The position numbers and the translations under genes are program-made. 55,869 nt of DNA from Nitrososphaerales archaeon (GTDB lineage Archaea; Thermoproteota; Nitrososphaeria; Nitrososphaerales; UBA213): positions 1-55,869 of the forward strand of contig JBHICH010000005.1 of NCBI GenBank assembly GCA_046759465.1, written 5' to 3'. The notes beneath the pieces are model-generated. The model searched no databases, was not told where the DNA came from, and worked only from the letters and a program-made list of their open reading frames with translations. Of the stretch, positions 44,989-53,719 are shown in pieces. Numbering within the stretch: position 1 is the first letter of the stretch; each line of letters opens with the position of its first letter.

Positions 44989-47004
44989 TTAACTGCCCCC
45001 CTTTGTCGAAGATTTACCGTAAACGTTTTGAACAAATATTAGATGGGCATCTTTCTCCATGACGGTTAGCTGTGAAGGAGTTATCACTATGTACTGGCTT
45101 TCTGGTCTATCCCTTATATGCGAAAAGATCATCTTCAATACAGCCTCTCTGTTTTTAGGGTCTAGATGAAGATCGAACTCGTCAACCGCTCTAAATGGTG
45201 ACAACACACGCTGTTGCAAAGAAAGTAAAAATGCCATAATTGCAACACTCCTTTCACCGCCACTTTGTGTATATGCATCAAGAACCACCATTGGTGCTCC
45301 TCTAAAACCTACAAGTAACTCGAGCCCAGCTTTTTCTATATCGTTGATTTCGACAAGCCTAACAATTCCTGTTGCATTTATCTTTGATAATATATCATGA
45401 TAGGTGGGATTAATCTGTTCTATCAGGTTTTGCAATGTATGTTTCCATAGCTTCTTCCTCTCCTCAAGTTCGTTCATAGTTTTATTCTTATTTTCAGCAA
45501 GTACTGCTAGTTTGTCATTAAGTTCTGCATAAGTTGTTGAAAATTTATTGTATATTGTCTCTGCATCTCCAGGAATATCGCCAAGGCTCTTAATGTGGGC
45601 ATCGGTCATCTTAATTTCTTCAGAAACCTCTGCAGGCGAGCGTTCAGTCTCTATTCTGGGTTCTGCTTGTTCTGCTTGAGGCTGTAGCAAATTTAGCTGT
45701 TCTTCATTTTCCTTAAGCGATTTCTCGATATCAGAGATCTCGCGCTCAATGTTCTTCTTTCTGACATTGAGTAAAGCCTCATTCACCTTGAGCGTAACAA
45801 ACTTGCCAATAGTAGATTGTACGCGGCGCTCAACCTTTGCTATATCGCGCTGAATTGAATCTATCTCTTCATCATAGTCCTTTATCCTACGTTGAAGCTC
45901 ATCATTTTTTGATGATAAAGAATTAGTTTTGAACTCAAACTCATCGATCTTTGTAGTTAACATCTTAGTTGCATCTTCGTCACTAGATGCAATACACTCT
46001 TCAAGAATGTCTATTGTTGAATCAAGTAATGCCCCAGTTTCTTTAAATGATTCGATCTTCGCTAGAGTTTCAGATCTTTCTCTTTCAAGCCTAATCAATA
46101 CAAAGTATGATTTCCTTTGCTCAAATTGACTACCATCAAGATTTTCATTTGTCTTTCTTGCAAGCTCTTCGGTTTTTTGCATCTGTTCTATAACATCATT
46201 AAGAACCCTTTTCCTATTGCCCAATCTATCGTTAAGAGATTTCAGCATATTTTCGAACTTTTTCACCTGAGCCCAAAAAACCTCACATGCGAGAAGCTCC
46301 TTGCTCTGCAATAACTCTTTTCTTTTAAGAAATCTGTCATACATTTCTTTCCAGTATTCAAGTGTTTGGCCTGCACTTTGAAGCACCTTAGATAGTTCCG
46401 ATTGTTCAGTAACCAGCATTGATAACTTTTGTTGAGACTCGAGTATTCCTTCTCTATACTCGTGAAATCCAACCGCTTCTTCAACCATCTTCAGCTTATC
46501 TTGTGCTGATGTTATGCTGAACTCTTCTACCATTCCTTGGTGCATGATTATCAGAAGGTTGTCTGGGTTGATTCCGAACTGTCTGAATAATCTTGATACC
46601 TCGCTTCTGCTCATCTCTCTATAATCTGCTTCATACCAGTAGGTACCATCTGACTTCAGATATCTTGAAAGTATGAACGTGTCAGATTTGCTAAAAGGAA
46701 TGGCTCGTTTACCGTTGCGTATTTTATTATCGAACAATAAACTAACCCTTGCAATATCCTTTCCCCTTCTAATTAGATCGCGTAATCTTCTAGACCTTTC
46801 CGTAGCCGCTTGTCCAAGTGCAACTGATATTGCCAATAATATTGTAGACTTTCCTGCACCGTTCGGACCAGTTATAACATTAATACCCTTTTTGAGTGGT
46901 ATTCTACCATATTCGTAACTCATGAAGTTTTCCAGAATAATCTCCGATATGCTTGGTGAAACATTCTTGTATCTTTGAGGTGAAATGCGCTTCTCGGCTT
47001 CCAA
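44989..47004 (-). CDS. short hinge-less SMC-like ABC ATPase (Smc5/6-like head)
   Basis: 671-aa ORF. It has N-terminus ILENFMSYEYGRIPLKKGINVITGPNGAGKSTILLAISVALG (Walker A), about 330 aa of heptad-rich coiled coil with no hinge domain and no CxxC hook, and a C-terminal signature QSGGERSVAIMAFLLSLQ with Walker B FRAVDEFDLHLD. Confidence 0.75.
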   Translation of the reverse strand: MEAEKRISPQRYKNVSPSISEIILENFMSYEYGRIPLKKGINVITGPNGAGKSTILLAISVALGQAATERSRRLRDLIRRGKDIARVSLLFDNKIRNGKRAIPFSKSDTFILSRYLKSDGTYWYEADYREMSRSEVSRLFRQFGINPDNLLIIMHQGMVEEFSITSAQDKLKMVEEAVGFHEYREGILESQQKLSMLVTEQSELSKVLQSAGQTLEYWKEMYDRFLKRKELLQSKELLACEVFWAQVKKFENMLKSLNDRLGNRKRVLNDVIEQMQKTEELARKTNENLDGSQFEQRKSYFVLIRLERERSETLAKIESFKETGALLDSTIDILEECIASSDEDATKMLTTKIDEFEFKTNSLSSKNDELQRRIKDYDEEIDSIQRDIAKVERRVQSTIGKFVTLKVNEALLNVRKKNIEREISDIEKSLKENEEQLNLLQPQAEQAEPRIETERSPAEVSEEIKMTDAHIKSLGDIPGDAETIYNKFSTTYAELNDKLAVLAENKNKTMNELEERKKLWKHTLQNLIEQINPTYHDILSKINATGIVRLVEINDIEKAGLELLVGFRGAPMVVLDAYTQSGGERSVAIMAFLLSLQQRVLSPFRAVDEFDLHLDPKNREAVLKMIFSHIRDRPESQYIVITPSQLTVMEKDAHLIFVQNVYGKSSTKGGS

Positions 47005-47152
47005 TACTATAGATTATCCGTTATGCCATTAATAAATTGAAATGAAGTCATGCGTAGACATTTTTACTGATAGAAAACACATAAAGCTGTAGGCAAATAA
47101 GCTTACTGTGGTTTTAGCTGCAAAGATCTTTCACATAAAAGAAGAAACCGAC

Positions 47153-47797
47153 ATGGATGATATACTTATCAAACTGAGAGATCATAAGAGTAGCGAGGTC
47201 TTTGAAGCAGATGACAAAAAGATTGAGCTCGTTACTGAAATAAGAGACCTGAACATGGAAGAAGATTCTTTTAGTGGCATCTTTGCACAGGACCAGATAA
47301 CGTACATAACTCATCATGGGCAAAAGATCCCTACGCCAAGAACTATGGTGGCTCCGTTTATCCTTAATAAGATCAACGAGAGCACAGTCTTAACAATTCT
47401 AGAAAAGAAGAGAAGAGCCAATTTGGTAGCCAATACGCTAAGCAAAATAGTATTCCTAACTACAGGACATATAGTTGAAGCAAAGATAACACCTGAAACA
47501 TTGCAAAAGTTTCATGAAGAAAACTTTGATGATACCAAGATAATATTCTTTGATGATGTTGATATACCAAATATAGATAAATTGTCACTTTATGGTTCAG
47601 CACTTGGTAATACATCACTTTATGCCGACTACCTTGGTCATGGCAAGTTATGGTACACAGTCATCCGGTCGAAGAAGTATGGCTACATCGTAGGTATAAC
47701 AAGGAACTGTGTGCTTACTGTATTCAGCAAAATTGAACAACCGGAATTTATTGGTTACATCCAAAAAGAGGTCTTTCCTCTAATAACTCTTCCTTAG
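47153..47797 (+). CDS. hypothetical protein, divergent from the SMC-like operon
   Basis: 214 aa from the ATG at 47153 (the track ORF starts at GTG 47108). No Cys and no known motif. It is followed by the second metallophosphoesterase gene. Confidence 0.55.
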   Translation: MDDILIKLRDHKSSEVFEADDKKIELVTEIRDLNMEEDSFSGIFAQDQITYITHHGQKIPTPRTMVAPFILNKINESTVLTILEKKRRANLVANTLSKIVFLTTGHIVEAKITPETLQKFHEENFDDTKIIFFDDVDIPNIDKLSLYGSALGNTSLYADYLGHGKLWYTVIRSKKYGYIVGITRNCVLTVFSKIEQPEFIGYIQKEVFPLITLP

Positions 47798-47886
47798 CTT
47801 TTAATTTAGGTGATATATATGAAGATGACGGGCATAAGTGCTATAAGTTGCCTTGAATAATTGTTTATTGTCGCTGCGAAGTAAAT

Positions 47887-48735
47887 GTGGTGAAGATGAT
47901 TAAGATAATCCCAAATGACCCTGCTTTACTGCTAAAGACAAGAAGAGAAAAGATACTTGTCATACCCGATCTTCACCTTGGATTTGAAAAAGAGCTCGCT
48001 GAAAGAGGAATAGCCTTCCCTTCACAAACAGCGAAAATATTTGCAAGGTTGCAAAGGCTTCTGAAGGAACAGAGACCAGAAAGTCTGATCTTCTTAGGAG
48101 ATATTAAACATGGGACATCAATAATACTGCCTTATGAAGGCACAGAAATTCCCAGGTTCTTTGAAAGATTACTTAAGTTGGTTGATAGAATCTGCGTGAT
48201 TCCCGGCAATCATGACGGTGGCCTTGATAAACTACTTCCAGAGGAGGTTAAGCTAGCATCAGTTAGGGGTTTAACAATAGTGGACGGCAGAAAGAAGATT
48301 TCACTAATTCACGGTCATGCATGGCCTCAGCCAGAATCATTTGCCTGCGATGAGCTAATAATGGCACACCATCATTTTACGATAATGCTAAGGGACTCCT
48401 CAGGGCTGAAGTCTTTTGAACCGATATGGGTTATAACAAGATGGAATAAGAATAAGATAGTAAGATCTTACCTCCGAGCAAGGGGGATAAAAGCTCGCTC
48501 TGATCCGTTTAAAGTCTTCAAAAAGAATTTTGGAATATATGTTAAGAGCCCAAAAATAATTGTCATGCCAACTTTTAACAACATGCTGGGAGGTATTGCT
48601 ATAAATCAAAAAGAGTCTGATTCTAAATACGTGGGTCCGATATTTAGTTCAGGCGGAGTAGATATGAGGACTTCAGAGTTATATCTATTAGATGGCACTT
48701 ACCTTGGCAAGTTATCACAATTAAGTATAAAGTGA
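47887..48735 (+). CDS. COG1407-type metallophosphoesterase (calcineurin-like), paralogue 2
   Basis: 282-aa ORF (GTG at 47887, or ATG at 47896). Motifs are IPDLHLGFE, LGDIKHG, PGNHDGG and IHGHAWP...AHHH. Confidence 0.75.
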   Translation: MVKMIKIIPNDPALLLKTRREKILVIPDLHLGFEKELAERGIAFPSQTAKIFARLQRLLKEQRPESLIFLGDIKHGTSIILPYEGTEIPRFFERLLKLVDRICVIPGNHDGGLDKLLPEEVKLASVRGLTIVDGRKKISLIHGHAWPQPESFACDELIMAHHHFTIMLRDSSGLKSFEPIWVITRWNKNKIVRSYLRARGIKARSDPFKVFKKNFGIYVKSPKIIVMPTFNNMLGGIAINQKESDSKYVGPIFSSGGVDMRTSELYLLDGTYLGKLSQLSIK

Positions 48736-48819
48736 ATTTTAAAAAGATGAGATTCTTTAACTTCTTTTGCCAAGCGTGTTTGTGTTTTTTATTACACAGC
48801 CAGCATTAGAGAAGCAAGG

Positions 48820-49896
48820 TTAATCCTTATGGTTCTTGAAGTATGGCAGAACGTGCCTTCCAAATAATTCTATGTTCTTGTAATATCCTTCTCCCCAGAA
48901 TCTAATTATGAAATGCTTTACACCAGCTTTTATGAATCGTTCTATAACGGATATGACTTCATCAGGCCTTCCTACACCTATAGCCGATCTCGCAACTTTA
49001 TCTGGAATATCTTGTGCAGCTTCTTTCATCTTTTGCATCAATTCTGGTTTTGACATAGCGTATTCTGTAAAGTATTTTCTAAAGTCAAAGTCAGAACGCT
49101 GGGGTACGTTATGTATCTTCAAAAGTTCTGGTTTGTAAAGACTTACCTTTACAGGATTTTTCAATTTTAACCATGCTTCTTCAGTATCTTGAGTATGGTA
49201 GACATCCATATCAAGGCCAAGTTCCATCTTGTCTGGATCTCTACCAAACTCTTTAGCTTTGTCAGTAATTACTTTAGCATGATATTCATAAAGTTCAGGC
49301 GTATATGCAATTGGTATCCATCCATCCCCAAATCTTGCAGTTAATTCAAGTGTTCTTGGAGCACCAGCAGCAAGAAAAATCGGCGGTCTTGGCTGTCTAA
49401 TACTTTTTGTTTGCAAACAAGCATTATTTAGTTTGTAAAACTTTCCCTCAAAACTTACTCTATGCTCCGGAGAGGATTGAAAAAGTAATGATATCACTTG
49501 CAACTGTTCCTCAAATCTAGAAACAGGCTTATCCCACTGTATTCCAAAGTCATTTATGTTCTGGGCTTCTCCAGCTCCGATTCCAAGTATTGCCCTTCCA
49601 TGTGATAATCTATCTAATGTTATGGTTTGCAGCGCAACAGTTGAAGGATGCCTTCTCACAGAATCTGTAACACATGTTCCCAGCTCAATATTCTTAGTAA
49701 CTTGTGACGCAGCAGCAAGGAAGATCCATGCATCGTTTATTATCCCGCTAGACCATTGAGGCACATTCGTATGATCCATTATCCAAGCAGAATCATAACC
49801 CATCTTGTCTGTGATCATGCATGCAGTTAGCTGCTGATCTTCATCTAGTCTTAACCTTGCGACGTTCAAACCCTGCTGCACCCCAAATTTAACCAT
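48820..49896 (-). CDS. luciferase-like monooxygenase (LLM) family, probably F420-dependent oxidoreductase
   Basis: 358-aa TIM-barrel-type ORF with DSAWIMDH...LGIGAGE...FEGKFY motifs typical of the LLM class. Confidence 0.7.
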   Translation of the reverse strand: MVKFGVQQGLNVARLRLDEDQQLTACMITDKMGYDSAWIMDHTNVPQWSSGIINDAWIFLAAASQVTKNIELGTCVTDSVRRHPSTVALQTITLDRLSHGRAILGIGAGEAQNINDFGIQWDKPVSRFEEQLQVISLLFQSSPEHRVSFEGKFYKLNNACLQTKSIRQPRPPIFLAAGAPRTLELTARFGDGWIPIAYTPELYEYHAKVITDKAKEFGRDPDKMELGLDMDVYHTQDTEEAWLKLKNPVKVSLYKPELLKIHNVPQRSDFDFRKYFTEYAMSKPELMQKMKEAAQDIPDKVARSAIGVGRPDEVISVIERFIKAGVKHFIIRFWGEGYYKNIELFGRHVLPYFKNHKD

Positions 49897-49906
49897 GGGG
49901 AACTCC

Positions 49907-51013
49907 TCACTTTGACATGGGCCCGCTTGGCGTTACGAGAACTTTCATTCCTTGTCTGCTTCTTACAATATCCATTGCTTTGTTTATTTCTTGGAGCGAA
50001 AATTGGTGCGTGACCATTTCCATGAAAGGATACTCCTTCCACTTGTAGGCCATGAAATTTACAAACTCGTACTCATGCCTTGGAATTTTCGAGTATGAGC
50101 CTATTATTGATACCTGTCTGCTTGTTATGAAGTAAGGGTTTATTGGAACTGGGCCATAGTCTGCATAAGCACCTACCTCTAACACTCGTCCTCCATCTCT
50201 GACCATATTGATTGCTTCAGGTAAAGCATTTGGATTACCCGTACAGTCCATTACAACATCTGGACCGTAGCCGCCAGCAAGTTCCTTTGCCTTCTTGACC
50301 CTCTCCTTTTGTTCAGTTAAGGTTTTGAGGTCAACAACATCGTCCGCCCCAACCTTCTTGGCAAATTCCAATCGCTCGGTAGAATCAATTGCAATAACTT
50401 GCCTTGCTCCCCTTTCCTTTGCCATTATAATGGCAAATGAGCCAACTGGACCTGTGCCCTGTACGGCGACGATATCCCCGAAGTCCACCCTAACATTTTC
50501 CACGCCTGCTATAACAGTTGGGCCTGCACACCCTACTGATGCAACTGCTGCTGTAGGCAAATTATCAGGCATCTTGAATGTGGTAACTTGAGGTGACAGG
50601 TAGATATATTCCGCAAACCCTCCCTCTAGATAGGGCGGTTTGTCAGAAGGTGTGCTTAAGCCGATTGCTCTTCTATTTAGGCACCTTGTTCTTGTGCCCT
50701 TCAGGCAGTAGTAACATCTACCACAAGTTATACCAAGAGCCCAGTATATTCTGTCTCCTTCCTTCAATTTGTTGCCAACACTGTCTGTTGTAACACCTGT
50801 TCCTAATCTTTCAACAATGCCAATGCTTTCGTGCCCAAGGATTATTGGTGTTGGAACCCATGGAACCTTGCCAGAGATTACATGTATATCCGTCCCACAA
50901 ATACCTGCACTGATTATTTTCGCAAGGATCGCACCCTCTTTTGGTTCTGGTTTAGGAAATTCTTTTAATTCTAAAGGTTTGTTTGCTGAAGTAAATACAG
51001 CTGCAAGTACCAT
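49907..51013 (-). CDS. zinc-dependent alcohol dehydrogenase family (MDR)
   Basis: 368-aa ORF with CGTDIH, GHESIGIV, the structural zinc site CGRCYYCLKGTRTRC, and the Rossmann motif GTGPVG. Confidence 0.85.
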   Translation of the reverse strand: MVLAAVFTSANKPLELKEFPKPEPKEGAILAKIISAGICGTDIHVISGKVPWVPTPIILGHESIGIVERLGTGVTTDSVGNKLKEGDRIYWALGITCGRCYYCLKGTRTRCLNRRAIGLSTPSDKPPYLEGGFAEYIYLSPQVTTFKMPDNLPTAAVASVGCAGPTVIAGVENVRVDFGDIVAVQGTGPVGSFAIIMAKERGARQVIAIDSTERLEFAKKVGADDVVDLKTLTEQKERVKKAKELAGGYGPDVVMDCTGNPNALPEAINMVRDGGRVLEVGAYADYGPVPINPYFITSRQVSIIGSYSKIPRHEYEFVNFMAYKWKEYPFMEMVTHQFSLQEINKAMDIVRSRQGMKVLVTPSGPMSK

Positions 51014-51223
51014 AGCATAGGCTGTGAAACTTACAGTTATTTAAATATTGTAACACTCAGTCCTGCATTCCAGAGTTAGTTCTAGTTTTAGTGGCAAAGA
51101 AAAATTATTCCATTTTTAGTTAGATCTCATGAGCATGGTCAATATATAATCATACAAAAGACAACTAATTTTGAATATCTGCGTAAAAAGCAAGTTGCAA
51201 AAGAGTAGTATGTGTTAATCAAA

Positions 51224-51436
51224 ATGGATGATAAGTTTATGGAAATGGTTGATGAACTGGTTAGGTTAGCCGGTGATGATGAAGAGTTATTTGATGGTAT
51301 AAAATGGATAGATAATGAATCCAAGAAGCTTGGAATATCATTTTATGAAATGTTCTTTATAGTTTTACAGAAACATCTTGCAGATGAAAGGGCAAAAGAG
51401 TGGCTTAACGAAAGAAAGGAAACAGAAAATCACTGA
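51224..51436 (+). CDS. hypothetical small acidic protein
   Basis: 70 aa from the ATG at 51224. It converges on and overlaps the citrate synthase stop by 7 nt. Confidence 0.4.
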   Translation: MDDKFMEMVDELVRLAGDDEELFDGIKWIDNESKKLGISFYEMFFIVLQKHLADERAKEWLNERKETENH

Positions 51437-52596
51437 TCTCTTTTCTGTATAGGAATATATTCACAGCCAAGTGGTCCGCAGTATCTTCCCACGTAAGCTG
51501 CTTTTGGTCGGTACAACATCGGTTTTGGTTGAGCCTCTGCAAACTTCTCTTCTATAACATGAGCAGTCCAGCCAGCAACCCTTGACATTGCAAATATAGG
51601 CGTGTTAAGATCAAGTGGAATGCCCATTGAATAGTAAACGGAGGCACTGTAGAGATCTACATTGGCAAAGATCTCTGCACCTTTCCTCTTTCTCATTTCT
51701 TTCTTTCCAAGATCCTCCAACTTTTTTGTTATGTCGTACCACTTTGTATTAGTTTTAGCTGCGAGTCGCTTTGACATTTCACGCAAAAGTTTTGCGCGTG
51801 GATCATCTGTTTTGTAAACAGCATGACCCATACCCATGATCCTTTCTCCAGAATCGAACCTTGCTTTTACCCATCGTTCCACATTATCTACACTGCCTAT
51901 TTCCTGCAATGCTTCCATGACCTTGACATTCGCACCTCCGTGCAATTCACCTGACAGAGCTCCAACTGCCGCTGCTATAGACGCATACATGTGTGCTCTG
52001 GTTGATGCCACTTCACGGGCAGCAAATGTTGACGCGTTGAAGCTATGTTCTGCGTGTAAGATCAAACAGACATCAAAATCCCTTGCAAATTCTTTGTCTG
52101 GTTCCTCGCCATTCAACATGTATAGAAAGTTTGCAGCATGCCCGAGTTCTATTGAGGGTTCTATTATCGGCAGTCCTTTTCTTACACGATCCCACACTAC
52201 TACTAGCGTTGGAAGCTTTGCAATCAAACTTATAGCTCGTCTTATGTTCGCTTCTCTAGAATCGTCATTTATATTTTCAAGGTCTGCAAGCATGGAGACA
52301 GATGCTTGAAGGACGTCCATGGGACATGCTGACTTCGGCCTGTCCTTCATAGCTTTTATTATTTGGACTGGAATATCTCGGGCAGAATACAACTTGCTGT
52401 TAAAATCCTTCAGCTGTGATTTTACAGGAAGATCACCAAATAACAGCAGATATGACGTTTCTTCAAATGTTGAATTTTTTGTCAGATCAAATATATCAAA
52501 ACCCCTGTAAATGAGCTTTCCATTTTCTCCTTCTATAGAACAGATCCTGGTATCTGCAACCTCGATATTCCTTAAACCTATATTTTTTGTGCTCAA
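51430..52596 (-). CDS. gltA: citrate synthase (or 2-methylcitrate synthase)
   Basis: 388-aa ORF with LILHAEHSFNAST, GALSGELHGGAN, the catalytic GMGHAVYKTDDPRA, and RVAGWTAHVIE. Confidence 0.9.
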   Translation of the reverse strand: MSTKNIGLRNIEVADTRICSIEGENGKLIYRGFDIFDLTKNSTFEETSYLLLFGDLPVKSQLKDFNSKLYSARDIPVQIIKAMKDRPKSACPMDVLQASVSMLADLENINDDSREANIRRAISLIAKLPTLVVVWDRVRKGLPIIEPSIELGHAANFLYMLNGEEPDKEFARDFDVCLILHAEHSFNASTFAAREVASTRAHMYASIAAAVGALSGELHGGANVKVMEALQEIGSVDNVERWVKARFDSGERIMGMGHAVYKTDDPRAKLLREMSKRLAAKTNTKWYDITKKLEDLGKKEMRKRKGAEIFANVDLYSASVYYSMGIPLDLNTPIFAMSRVAGWTAHVIEEKFAEAQPKPMLYRPKAAYVGRYCGPLGCEYIPIQKRDQ

Positions 52597-52754
52597 TTCA
52601 ACACTATACTATCATAGAATCGATATTAAAGTCATTTGTCGATGGTTGTTGGCATGGAACTCGGCTATTCTAAATGTATTCATACAATTCTTTGGCAGAC
52701 TGGGTAAAAAATAGGGTCTCTACCTTAATTAATGCCAATTGATATTTGCATAAT

Positions 52755-53291
52755 ATGATCAATCCTGTACAAAAAGCAAAAGAAATAATCGAAGATAGAA
52801 TCAAAGCAGTAAGAAGCGGTTCTGTAGAACTGAGAAATGGCTGCGTTGCCTGTCATACAATATTCACATTAGCAGACAGGCTAGGTACTAATGAAGCTGA
52901 TGCTGCCGACCTATTAACGCAAGTTTTAGCACAAAATCCTACACTTAGTGACGAATTCATCACCGTAGTAGAAGATATACATATGCGCTCCAGAATGTTA
53001 GCAATGAATTTTTACGGCAGAAGCAGAGAAGCTAAAGACAAATACATAGAATCGTACTTAAGAAATGCCTTGGCTGAATTGCAATCAGATATCACAAAGC
53101 ATAATGGTAGCATAGTAGTACGCAAGCTTGTTCTGAACTATCTTTCAATTTATTTGGCACAGACACTTGGCGTTGATCATCATGCGGCCACTGAAGAAAT
53201 GTATTACATCCTCAGAAAGCATGAAGACTTTGACTCCAACTTGGACCACTTCGTTAATAAAGTGATGAAGGAGTTAAAAGGCAAAAACTAG
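52755..53291 (+). CDS. hypothetical helical protein
   Basis: 178 aa from the ATG at 52755. No motif recognised. Confidence 0.55.
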   Translation: MINPVQKAKEIIEDRIKAVRSGSVELRNGCVACHTIFTLADRLGTNEADAADLLTQVLAQNPTLSDEFITVVEDIHMRSRMLAMNFYGRSREAKDKYIESYLRNALAELQSDITKHNGSIVVRKLVLNYLSIYLAQTLGVDHHAATEEMYYILRKHEDFDSNLDHFVNKVMKELKGKN

Positions 53292-53316
53292 TAGCAATGA
53301 TAAATGGTGCATTAAA

Positions 53317-53643
53317 ATGGCTGACCTGTACGATGCAGAAGAGGTTCTGAGAAAATTGGATGTAAGTGGAAACTGGTTTTACACCTTCATGTCGAAGGGA
53401 ACTATGGATGCTGGTATTTTACGCCTAAAGCCTGGAGAGAAAGACCCACAAGGACCTCATGCAAATGATGAGTTATACTATGTTATAAAAGGTCACGGTT
53501 TCATACAACTTGGTAAAGAAGATGTGCCAGTAAAGCCTGGAAGTATAATATTTGTATCTGCAGGGAAAAACCACAACTTTCATGGTAACAAGGATGAGAT
53601 GCAGATACTGTATGTATTTGCAGGCGAGAACAAGGACATCTAG
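53317..53643 (+). CDS. cupin-domain protein
   Basis: 108-aa ORF with the cupin motifs GPHANDELYYVIKG and GSIIFVSAGKNHNF. Confidence 0.65.
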   Translation: MADLYDAEEVLRKLDVSGNWFYTFMSKGTMDAGILRLKPGEKDPQGPHANDELYYVIKGHGFIQLGKEDVPVKPGSIIFVSAGKNHNFHGNKDEMQILYVFAGENKDI

Positions 53644-53719
53644 GTATAACTTTTTGATCCTATTATTCAGTTTATCTTGTATCATGATCTTAAAACTCGA
53701 GGGAAAGACTAATAGCTCA

